Shown here: positions 1-9,999 of the stretch, in pieces
Numbering within the stretch: position 1 is the stretch's first letter
Layout of the letters: every line of letters starts with the position of its first letter
NCBI GenBank assembly: GCA_002633005.1
Contig: NMRA01000212.1
Coordinates: 423,312 to 487,311, forward strand
Source of the DNA: Phoronis australis
Lineage: Eukaryota > Animalia > Phoronida
Reading direction: 5' to 3'
DNA length: 64,000 nucleotides
Notes under the pieces: model-generated
The model's input: only the letters and a program-made list of their open reading frames with translations
Databases searched by the model: none
Told to the model about the DNA's origin: nothing
Made by a program: the position numbers and the translations under genes

Positions 1-249
1 AATTTAAGAAGTTTTTATGTTCAATCCATTAGGTTCAAGCGTACTGAGCTTATCTATCCAAAATTGTTACATTTTGAGTATGTGAGGGGTACTGGGTTTT
101 GGAGTTTTTCTATCATTTGTACAGAAAGATCTTTATGGTTTTTGGAATTGAAATGATTACCTATCAGAAATGTTTTATGTTTAATGTTAAATCTATGATG
201 GCGAAACCGATCGAGTTTGTAAATTATACGTGTTGGTTAGAACATTTTT

Positions 250-2641
250 ACACGCCACTTCGGCAACGCGGCCGCTCCCCCGACCGTGTCGCGGCCACTG
301 CTGAACAATGAGGACGACCCGGGTCGCCGTGGGACACTGAGGAAGATGGCCATGGGGACCGCAACGACTGAGTCGGGTCAGAGGCGTTTGCTGCTTAACT
401 AAAATCGACTTCGCCGCGCGGGTTGTGCCTTTCAGGAGAAAGCGACACAAAGGGCCCATAAACGACACATTTCTCTAGTGGGGAGACTTGGAAATTTTCG
501 CCGATACTCAGAGCCGGATTTGCAAGGGACATGGGGGAGTGCACAGATCTTAGTCACATCCGAGCCAGCGCAGCTGAGAGCCTGGAGGCCGACTTGACCA
601 CTGTAGACCACGGCGTTTCGCCGAGCGCCAGAGTCGTTGGCTAAGAGCGAGAGGAATCAGTGACACTCGATCCCCGCTACGTTTGCTTACCTTTGTATAG
701 GAAATCGACACAACAGGTCAATAAACGACAATGACATTTCTGGGGACTTGGATAATTTTTCAATGCAGGGACGATTCTGAAAGCGACACATGGCCAATAA
801 ACGACACATTTCTGCGGACTTAGAAATTTTCTCCTACACCGTGCTCAAGGCAAGCCCTGCAACGGCCATGGGGGAATGCACAGCTCTTCGCCTCTGCCAA
901 CGCTGAGTCCGTAGGACGACTCTGACGGGCAGCGGCGTTCCACCGATCGAGCACAGAGCGGCCGGCGGCAACACCGGTCAAGCGCGAGACCTCGGTGGCA
1001 CACAACCCCACTAAGTTTGGTTAACTTTATTTTATTTTGAGGAAGCGACGCAAACGGCCATTTCTGGGGACTTTGTTAATTTTTCAATGCAACGATTCTG
1101 AGCGACAGAAATGGCCAATAAATGTCACATTTCTGCGGACTTAAAAATGTCCGCACATATACAGGGACGGATGTGCAGTCAGTGGGACTCTAGCGCTTCA
1201 ACGGTCAAGACAGCGCAGAACCCGCACTAACAGAGTCAGCGGCGACCGCGACCAAGCGCGATAGACCCCAGAGGCACACAACACCGGTACGTAACGTTGT
1301 GCTTGCTTTTGTTGAGGTTCCTTTGAGAAAGCGACACAAATGGCCGCTAATCGACGCATTTTCTGGAGACTTCTGGGGCAGATCTGCATTGAGAGGCCAT
1401 GGGGGAGTGCAGTATTTCAGCACTTAGTGTAGACCCCGGCCGGCAGGCCGACTTATTAGTAGTGACGCGTCGGTGGTCTGCCGTAACGTCGGCTTGCATA
1501 GTTCGGCACATTTGAGAAAGCGACACAATTAAATGGCCGGTAATAGACACATTTTCTGGGACTTAGAAATTTTCGCAGAAACGTTGGGCAGATCTGCACT
1601 GACTGAGGGGCCATGGGGAGACTACAGCGTTTGGCCCCCCGGCCACGGCAGCACAAACTCTGCCAGCCGTCGTGACTGCGTGGACCGCCGTATCGGTATG
1701 ATGGCCTCGTTTATTGAATTTTCAAGGCTCCTTTTAGAAAGCGACACATTTCTGGAGACTTAGAAAGTTTCGCGCACACGCAGGCGGGGAAAGACCGGCT
1801 GCACTGGGGACTGCTGCCCTCCGGCCTCGGCCAGCGCAGACGCGCAGGCCGACTTAACCACCCGTGAACTGCCGTCTGGGGACTTATCACAGATAGCCGG
1901 GACACGACTAGAGGGACTGTATCCCGGCCCGCCTCGCTACGTTTGCTTACCTTTGTTATAATTCCAAGGCTCCTTTTACAAAGCGACACTAATCAGTGGT
2001 GGATTTATGGGGAGCCAAGGGGGCCATGGCCACCCTAAAATTCTATCAGAGTACCATTCGGGAGTTCGGGTGCGAATTACTGACTAGCACATGCGCGCGA
2101 CCAGGGGGACTCAGGGGGTGAATAAACAATAAACAATGCATAGGCCCCGAACAAAGCCAGTTTACCGTTTTTGTTTTAATCAACAGGTTCTCAAACCCAA
2201 AATTCGAGACCCCTGCATCCCCATATTTTAGGCTAGGCGCGCGCTTCTGCCGCAATTCTGGTTATTCCTGTGCCCTGGCCCCCCAACTCAAAATCCTGGA
2301 TCCGTCCCTGCAAATGGCCAATACAGATTTTTGGGTACTTAAATATGTTTTCAACGCAACGTTTCTGAAAGCGACACAAATGGCCAATAATCGACACATT
2401 TTTCGAGATTTAGAAAATTTCGCACATACGCAGGGACAGACCTGCAAGGGTACTGCAGCGTTCCGGCCTCGTCCAGCGCAGACCCCTCAGGCCAACTTAA
2501 CCGCGTGAACCGCCGTCTGGGGACTTTTCACAGATATCCGGGACACGACTAGGGCCACTGTATCTCGGCCCGTCGCTCGACCCATCAATGTTTTATTTAC
2601 TTACGTTTGTTATGTTTTCAAGGCTCCTTTGAGAAAGCGAC
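250..2641. repeat. Degenerate GC-rich tandem/satellite array
   Basis: Motif GAAAGCGACACA(A)ATGGCCAATAAACGACACATTT..GGACTT recurs near 438, 779, 1100, 1327, 1516, 1737, 1980/2311, 2367 and 2633. GC-rich spacers (GGCCATGGGGGA, GGCCGACTT) of variable length lie between copies. 1750-1990 is closely repeated at 2410-2640. Confidence 0.85.
1994..2310. mobile_element. hAT-like MITE inserted into a satellite unit
   Basis: Imperfect TIRs CAGTGGTGGATTT...GGATCCGTCCCTG. It interrupts the satellite motif GCGACACAAATGGCC, leaving CTAAT before and CAAAT after (apparent 5-bp TSD, one mismatch). Confidence 0.7.
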
Positions 2642-3119
2642 ATCATCAAAGTGGCTTGGAGGGATCGAAGATTTTACATGGATGAATCATTTTTGTAATG
2701 TGTCTTCTAGTAGTCGAAAATATAATAAGTGGCGTTAATAATTGACATAGGTGTCTATCTTAATCATTGTCACGCCCACTTGACCACAACTATCGTATGG
2801 ACATTGTGTGCTATTTTTATAACCATGGATTTTATAACGAGTTAATAGACTATATTTCGTAGGAAATGAAATGGAGATTATAATAGACTCTCGCAACACG
2901 GAGGTGACTTAGGAGGAGGGAGGAAAAAATTTACGAAAACACGATTCACTCCCATGTTCGTAATATAATGGGTGATCAACATCATGGGTAAATAACGCTT
3001 GTGTCTTGGCCTCTTTTTACAATACATTTAATAGGAATACTAGAAGAAAATGTATGGAACTCGATACACGTAAAATAAAATAAACACCGAAAAGGACTTG
3101 TAATCTTTTATTTACAACA

Positions 3120-3793
3120 CTAATAACATTTTGAAAAAACATACATCCCATTTCCACCTTCACAACACTCGATAGTAAATTTAACGGTAATCTTTACAGA
3201 TTCACGGCCTGTCCTCGTGAATGGAGGGAAGACTATCCCATATGAGTCTAATTTCGTAACTGGTATATCCACGCTCTTTTAACACTTGTTCCAAAATTTC
3301 CAATTTCACTGTTTTTTGTGGGATTAGTTAACTGTGGTAGGAATCCCTCTTATTTATAAACATTGTCGAAAGCATATTAGATAACTGTCTATCCGCGCCA
3401 CCTATTTGATTCTGTGACTTATTCTCGAGACCATCTCTGAAATATCTTTAAACACACGTTCCCATTATTACCGTATCCGATTTTGTCAATTCGGTGAGCA
3501 GACTTATAAAGTTGGTGCACCGAGCCGAATCACCGTATCGCGCTTTGTAAAACTCTGCTACTTTTTTCCACAAATTGTTCTAAATCTTCAACAATAGACA
3601 GAAGATCGTGTTCGGAAACAGTCCTCGTCGAAAACGTTTCCCTTAGGAGAAAATCCGGAGGCGCAATTTTTTTCACCTCGTGGACAAACTCCGCATCTGT
3701 CATATCTTTAGGGTCGATGATATTTAACATATCTTCCCTTTCATCTCCGTCTAAACACACGATGGTAAAACGTGACCTGAGGTGTTCTACCAC
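3120..3793 (-). pseudogene. Decayed intronless ORF of unknown function (virus-like region)
   Basis: 87-aa ORF 3530-3793 has a globular-protein-like composition. Coding-like sequence continues downstream through stops and frameshifts. No recognisable domain. Confidence 0.3.
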
Positions 3794-4119
3794 TTACCGC
3801 GAGATTACATTATTTCCCATTATTTTATTGTAGCTCGAATAAACTTCATTATAGACGATTTAGAAAACATTATTAGCTGAACATCCCCCCTCGGGATAAA
3901 ACTGTTACCGTAAGTTCTTATGTTGATATGGCTTGTTGCACGATATTTTACAACTCGGTGTAAGATTACTTCACGCTCCTAGATTTCGCCATGTTTTTTT
4001 GAATGAAAGACTTATTAACTCAACCAACCAGTACATAGTTGTACAGCAATATGAAATCTAGTCAAGTGTGCCAAACAAATTACGAACATTATCGAACCTT
4101 ACGAAAGCTAGTTGCTAGG

Positions 4120-5975
4120 CAAAAAGACCACATTGCCTGGAATCTCTCAGGATCCAATTTTTAAATTTCCAGGTTGTGATGATATTCACATACCTCACGT
4201 AAAAATGACTAAAAATTGGGCTTAGCCGTTTGCAGTATTGGCCTATATAAGTGAAATTTCGCTAAGCAAAGAATTAAATTTACAACTTCTAATCTACAGG
4301 CTGGATCTCCAAACAAGGTGGTAGACATATTTAACTGCAGAGGGAAATCGCACCGATTTATCATCCATGTTTTTAAATATCCCCAAAACTTCTGAACAAG
4401 TGAACATTCCCAGTACAAATGTAGAATTGTTTCTTTTGTGTTGCTCACAGAAAGAACACAAAGACGATTCACTAACACCTATTTTCTTTAAATAAGAGTT
4501 TGTACCAATAAAAATGTGGTTGATACGGAACCATCTGAGTCTGACATGGGAAGTACATTGATAAATTACCTAATGATTTTTTTTCTAAGACTGAATATCA
4601 TCGCATGAGTTAATTTCTCTCTCCCACTTCAATTCCGCGACAGGTTTTACATACAATTTGGAAATGAATAATTGATATTATTATTTTCTCCGTCCCTTTA
4701 TTTTCCGAGGAGATTCGAAAAATATGTTCTGGAAAAATGGAGTGACTATAGTACCTTTCTCTCTTAGATGATTCCAAGAACGAAGTATTGAATTTCGAAT
4801 TCCATAAAATGAGTAATACAAGTGCAAAACTGAAAACGTGTACAAAATGTATGATAATCATAATTATATTCTTCATCAGGGTCAATTAATCGTATACTTA
4901 TCGTGTACCCTTTTGAAACCACTCGTGTACAAAATGTATGATAATCATAATTATATTCTTCATCAGGGTCAATTAATCGTATACTTATCGTGTACTCCTT
5001 TGAAACCACTCGTGTACAAAATGTATGATAATCATAATTATATTCTTCATCAGGGTCAATTAATCGTATACTTATCGTGTACCCTTTTGAAACCACTCGT
5101 GTACAAAATGTATGATAATCATAATTATATTCTTCATCAGGGTCAATTAATCGTATACTTATCGTGTACCCTTTTGAAACCACTCGTGTACAAAATGTAT
5201 GATAATCATAATTATATTCTTCATCAGGGTCAGTTAATCGTATACTTATCGTGTACCCTTTTGAAACCACTCGTGTACAAAATGTATGATTATCATAATT
5301 ATATTCTTCATCAGGGTCAGTTAATCGTATACTTATCGTGTACCCTTTTGAAACCACTCGTGTACAAAAGGTATGATAATCATAATTATATTCTTTATCA
5401 AGGTCAATTAATCGTATACTTATCGTGTACCCTTTTGAAGCCACTCGTTCCGAAAAATTGAATTACTCTTTACACAAATTTTGGGGTTATACCACAAAGG
5501 TTGGTACAAAGGGTCATCTATCTCACACTTTGATAAATTCGTATAAGATATAAAAAATATCCTTCCAAAAATATTCTCAGTACGGTTAGCTACTTCAAGA
5601 GAAAACAAGAACCTAACTGAAAAGAGTCATTTTTTATATTAGGAATAGTTTCACATAAAATATTTAGCCAAGGAGAAGTTTTGAAGAATCTCCGAATCCA
5701 AATCAGTTTAATAGCTTTGACAAATGACACAAAAGGGACTATATTCTCTCCTCCATCTCCGGAATTCTGTACCATGGTCTTTCTAGAGATATTCTATCAG
5801 AAGAGGTACCCCTTACATAATTAAAAAAAATATTTTCCAATGTCCTTAAAAGGTAGGACCTGGAACAGGAAGTGTGTAAAAGAGGTGGATCGGTTTTGGT
5901 AATAAAAAAGAGTTTACAACCGCTATCTTACCGAAGGTGGTTAAATTTTTTTCGACCAATTTTCAATGCCTTTTC
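4120..5975 (-). mobile_element. Decayed L1/Tx1-clade LINE, 3' part of ORF2
   Basis: Frameshifted peptides LTTFGKIAVVNSFLLPKPIHLF, GGENIVPFVSFVKAIKLIWIRR, PLWYNPKI, EWLQKG and the C-terminal zinc-binding motif C..ETILHLYWECSLVQKFW...NLILCLAKFHLYR. These are typical of post-RT L1/Tx1 ORF2. Confidence 0.85.
4837..5447. repeat. 87-bp minisatellite, ~7 near-identical copies, inside the LINE ORF2
   Basis: Unit CGTGTACAAAATGTATGATAATCATAATTATATTCTTCATCAGGGTCAATTAATCGTATACTTATCGTGTACCCTTTTGAAACCACT starts at 4837, 4924, 5011 and onward. Confidence 0.97.
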
Positions 5976-6234
5976 TAACCTCGTGTAATTTTACATCGTA
6001 GTTTAAGTGAATCACGTCCTGTAAGTTGACAGAGAAGGTAATTCCAATGGATGTGAACTGGAAACTTGCCCATTTTAGCCATGGTTTTAGCATTTTCCTT
6101 TTCTTTCACCAAATAATTCATTATGGTATGTACGTTAGTAAAAAATACTTTCTTCGGCATTGTCCGCCCTCGTCATACCAACTAAGCCCCTAAAAGACCC
6201 TCTTTTGTAAACTTTCCATCAACAAATAGCGATT

Positions 6235-6669
6235 TCATGTCCATGATACATGGATTCGACCGGTCATCACTTGTTCCGAATGATACGTGGACGACATGTC
6301 GTGAAGAACGGTTATCAGAAGGACCACCACAACTCCAATTTCTATAACTTCCCTCTCTTTGTCCCTTTCCACTTGTTTTTTCATCCCTTCACATTTATCT
6401 CTATAAAATTTAATATCCTCGTTGTTAAATTCAATTTCTCTAAATGGAAAAGTTGAGTACCCTCGCAATGTTGGATCATGGGCATAGTATTCTATCTCCC
6501 CTAAAGCAGACTTGAAATACGTTGTCGACAATAATCTCCATTCAACGGCACCACCTTTGAAAGGGGTGGGTTTTTGTAGCTGATGAAACAATGAACGGTT
6601 ACGTTTTATTAGTCGGTGAAAATATGGGTGAGAAATAAAAAAGAACAACGGTTTTCTAGTTCTATACAC
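6235..6669 (-). CDS. Hypothetical intronless ORF with C-terminal hydrophobic segment (possibly decayed, virus-like)
   Basis: 144-aa ORF with a charged helix followed by IGVVVVLLITVL. A TATA-like TATAATATAAA lies just upstream on the minus strand. Part of a tight head-to-tail ORF cluster. Confidence 0.3.
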   Translation of the reverse strand: MYRTRKPLFFFISHPYFHRLIKRNRSLFHQLQKPTPFKGGAVEWRLLSTTYFKSALGEIEYYAHDPTLRGYSTFPFREIEFNNEDIKFYRDKCEGMKKQVERDKEREVIEIGVVVVLLITVLHDMSSTYHSEQVMTGRIHVSWT

Positions 6670-6711
6670 AATTTATATTATAGTCAGTGAAGTAAAGTAA
6701 ACAAAATCAAA

Positions 6712-6990
6712 TCAACACACAACGTATATACAAGTCCGTGATCGATCAACCTTTTTACGATAAGTAGTCCATCTGTTTTTACTTGACCTCGTATAATCCA
6801 ACTTCCGATAACATATTGGTCGTATGTGCTTTACGAGAAACGTTTTCGTTGCACCACTCGCCTCTTCAACTTTCTGCACAGACTCAGAACTAGTACACGA
6901 TGGTGATGTGAGCGAGGAGAATAAAAGCGGAACAAATCGCCAAATGAACAAGACATAGCACGTTCCTAATACTACCAAACCGGCCACCAT
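6712..6990 (-). CDS. Small hypothetical membrane-anchored protein (virus-like cluster)
   Basis: ATG start, N-terminal hydrophobic helix MVAGLVVLGTCYVLFIWRFV and a basic C-terminal tail. It sits about 40-60 bp from its neighbours. Confidence 0.35.
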   Translation of the reverse strand: MVAGLVVLGTCYVLFIWRFVPLLFSSLTSPSCTSSESVQKVEEASGATKTFLVKHIRPICYRKLDYTRSSKNRWTTYRKKVDRSRTCIYVVC

Positions 6991-7049
6991 ATAGTCGGCA
7001 ATAAACGTCCAATTGACACTAGTGACGAATAATTAGAAAGTCCTTGTGA

Positions 7050-7822
7050 TCAATTATTAGAGTTCAAAAACATAATCATGGGAAGTCCCAGTGACCACGA
7101 CAACGTAAAGAGAGAGAGGGAGAGAGGGAGAGGCAGAGGGAGACACGGAGAGAGAGGGAAACGGAGAGGAAGAGGGAGAGGGAAAACGGAGAGGAAGAAA
7201 GAGAGAGGGAGACAGAAAAGGAGAGGGAGAGAGAGCACGACCAGATAGTCGTAGTTGGTACTTGAGAGATTTTCAGCTTTCACGTGGTTGGAAATCACGC
7301 GCATCAAAGGTCCCACCAACGTCTGGTTATCACCGGGCGCCATCCAGGGTATGTCAGTCTCGTTACGCCCGATAAAGGTGTAGTCTTTGTACGCACTCGG
7401 GTCCACAAGCCCTCTGAATGAACAAGTCCAAACGTTCACGATATGAGCTTCAGCAACATCGACTAGTTCCACCACAACCATGGTAGTGAAGGCCGCCTTT
7501 TTCAAACAAATAACGTTATATCTATCCAGATTGTATACCCACTCCGCAGTGTCGTCAGTTCTCTATTCAATAATTCGAAGTTTGCCATATGTTTACAGCC
7601 ATGATCCGTCTTGGCTAGCAGAATACATGGCACCGTAAGTTTAACATTCACTTGCGCTTTTTTCGAAGCATAAGTTCTCGCCGCAATCGCTCGAAAACCG
7701 GCCAAAAGTTCTTCACCATACAAATCTATAGCGGATTGAGCACCACAAGTGACGGTGGGTGCACAAATAGCGACCTGTGTCATCGCAACAAAGACGACTA
7801 CTAAACATAGTGGCGATTTCAT
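7050..7822 (-). pseudogene. Frameshifted secreted/membrane glycoprotein gene (envelope-like)
   Basis: Signal peptide MKSPLCLVVVFVAMTQVAICA. ORFs 7502-7822 and 7050-7505 overlap at an A-run. Sequons NET, NQT and NLS. The C-terminal hydrophobic segment is interrupted by a CT/GA microsatellite. TATTTAA (~7891-7897) and TCATTCT (~7862-7868) lie upstream on the minus strand. Confidence 0.5.
7108..7235. repeat. GA-rich imperfect microsatellite
   Basis: Runs of GAGAGG/GAGA directly visible. Confidence 0.9.
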
Positions 7823-7934
7823 CTTTCTTAACGATCTTGTTACCCTTTGAGACCCAAGAGTAGAATGAAAAATTTCTTTTACTCCCCCTCTTAAATAGAG
7901 TCGATGTCGAGAAATGTTTTCTTACATCTACAAT

Positions 7935-8265
7935 CTAACACGTCGTTTTCTCTCAATAATGTTATCTATCGCAATAAATGTTTGTCGTTTTTCTCAGTCC
8001 CCATGTAACTATTTAATTTCTTTCTTACCTCTACGTGGTTTTCTCCCAATAATATTATCTATCGCAATCAATGTTCGTCGTTTTTCTGTCCCCATGTTAC
8101 TATTTAATTTCTTTCTTACCTCTACGTGGTTTTCTCCCAATAATATCTATCGCAATCAATGTTCGTCGTTTTTTCTGTCCCCATGTAACTATTTAAATTT
8201 TTTCTTACCTCTACGTCGTTTTCTCCCAATAATATTATCTATCGCAATAAATGTTTGTCGTTTAT
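7935..8265. repeat. ~90-bp tandem repeat, ~3.5 copies
   Basis: Unit TTACCTCTACGTGGTTTTCTCCCAATAATATTATCTATCGCAATCAATGTTCGTCGTTTTTCTGTCCCCATG... at ~8024, 8116 and 8204, plus a partial copy at ~7940. Confidence 0.9.
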
Positions 8266-8301
8266 CCATAAATATGACTATTTTCTTTCTATCACATTCC
8301 T

Positions 8302-8464
8302 TTTCTCAAAATAGTGTAGCTTCGTTAGCTTATGAATATTGAGTGTAGTTTTATTTTTTAGTTATTTTTGGTCCCTATTTGAAAAGAATATTTAATAAGA
8401 GTGACTAATAACACAAGCTACACCCGATATACGTAAGCTACCGAAGATACACTATTTTGAGAAA
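8302..8464. repeat. Inverted repeat/hairpin H1 with GCTACCGAAG core
   Basis: 8302-8332 is the reverse complement of 8434-8464 with 2 mismatches in 31 nt, and pairing extends imperfectly inward. Confidence 0.9.
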
Positions 8465-8822
8465 GGGGGTAAAAACAAATGGGATTACACGTGATGGATC
8501 CGTGGTGGACTTAATATGCGTAGGTGGTGAAGAAAAATGTTATAGACATTTAATTTGACATTTTTATTTCGAATACGCTATCTAAAAGTAGTCCTCCAAT
8601 AGCCTGGTTATTCTAATATTCTGTAGGTGTCCCCGTGGTGCAATTGGATGACACGTCTCAAAAATTTCCCAGGCAATTTATCTTCTCTCTACTCAGAGAG
8701 GGCGACAATTTTAATTGGAGCTATTATCACGTACATTGCACTTGATAGAATTAAATGTGATGTTCACAACATTTGTGATAATAGGTCTTGGTATTATGAC
8801 GCTACACCCATTTTTCTTAAGC

Positions 8823-9100
8823 ACGTTATTTTTTCACCTTTTTACATTTTTCATCTCCCCTTAGTGAAAATGTGTCGCCTCGGTAGCTCCCGTGTATTTT
8901 GGGTAGCTAATAGTAACTGAGTAAAAATTTTGTTTTCTCATTTTGGTTTGAAAAAGAAAATTAATGTCTAATAAAATTACTCTACTGTTTTACCATTATT
9001 GTTCAGCTACTATTAGCTACCCAAAATACATGGGAGCTACCGAGGTGACACATTTTTCACTCAAAAGAGATATGAAAAAATGTGGTGAGTAAAAAAACGT
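8823..9100. repeat. Inverted repeat/hairpin H2 with GCTACCGAGG core
   Basis: 8863-8920 pairs with 9003-9061 with few mismatches. Weaker pairing extends out to ~8823 and ~9100. Confidence 0.9.
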
Positions 9101-9403
9101 ATGCAACATATTTTTTATTATATATTTCTCCAGGAGGTCAAACGGGTCAGGGATATCGTGGCGATCATGGAGAAAAATCGGGCGGATAGGATGAAAATAT
9201 TTGAACGTAACATGACAGTTCGTACCTGGGAAGGATATCGAATGGATTTGTGTGCCACCTCTATCTACATGCGTGACCAAAATAAGGAAAACCTGTGTTC
9301 TATGTGGGGAGGAAGTATCACTGTGGGCGTGGCATCAGAACTGTCCTAATCTCCAGAGCGAAAGATCCCCGATGTTATTCTGTAATGATTGTATAGGAAA
9401 CAA

Positions 9404-9806
9404 GGGCCCGGTCTCCAATCTTTTTACTCGAAATGGAACTCGAAATTAGGTTTGGCATTTTCTACTCTACTTGTGGGCGAAATCAAGATAAGTGTCTATT
9501 ATTCTATGCTCGAGTACACCATAACTTACGTAGATAATTTATTGTCCTTAGTTCACAGTTTGTAAACCCAATATTAAAGCAATTAGTTCGAGTTTGAACT
9601 CGAAATCTCGAGTCTTTACTCGAGTTTGTAGCCCGAATATAAGAGTCTTCAAGGGCAAACTTGAACTAGAAACTCCTATGCATAAACTATAATGTATTCG
9701 AGCACAGTCTGATAACCAATTATCTTAAGTTCGCACAAAAGGAGCAGAGAAATTGCCAAAAATAGTTTCGAGTTCGTTTCGAGTACAAAGATTAGAGACC
9801 GGGCCC
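9404..9806. mobile_element. PIF/Harbinger-like MITE (copy 1)
   Basis: TIRs GGGCCCGGTCTCCAATCTTT..ACTCGAAA and TTTCGAGTACAAAGATTAGAGACCGGGCCC. A second copy lies at 48900-49270. Confidence 0.85.
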
Positions 9807-9999
9807 TGAGTTGGGAGTACGTGATGGGAACAAAAGGTACGAAGCGGCGACCTCACAGGTTCTTTTCTCACCGTGGAAAGGGCAAATGGATAGCTTTTCG
9901 GTCGTAGTCAGAATCGGCGGCTAATACTGTTAACCTACAGCGAATTCGAGAAGTTATCTGCGGAGTCTACGAATAGACGACCAAAAATCCACCCGTAGA

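Larger units (their letters stand above)
8627..9910 (+). pseudogene. Decayed spliced gene with Cys-rich (zinc-finger-like) C-terminal part, interrupted by a MITE
   Basis: Acceptor-like TGTAG| at 8626 and CTCCAG| at ~9134. Peptides EVKRVRDIVAIMEKNRADRMKIF and, in a shifted frame, TCVLCGEEVSLWAWHQNC...LFCNDC. A MITE is inserted at 9404. Confidence 0.35.

Noticed and set aside
4837-5447. CRISPR-like regular repeats
   Set aside because: Units are head-to-tail with no unique spacers, there are no cas genes, and the context is eukaryotic.
4764-5461. 226-aa and 207-aa repetitive ORFs on opposite strands
   Set aside because: By-products of an 87-bp (3n) tandem repeat inside a dead LINE; no independent evidence that they are genes.
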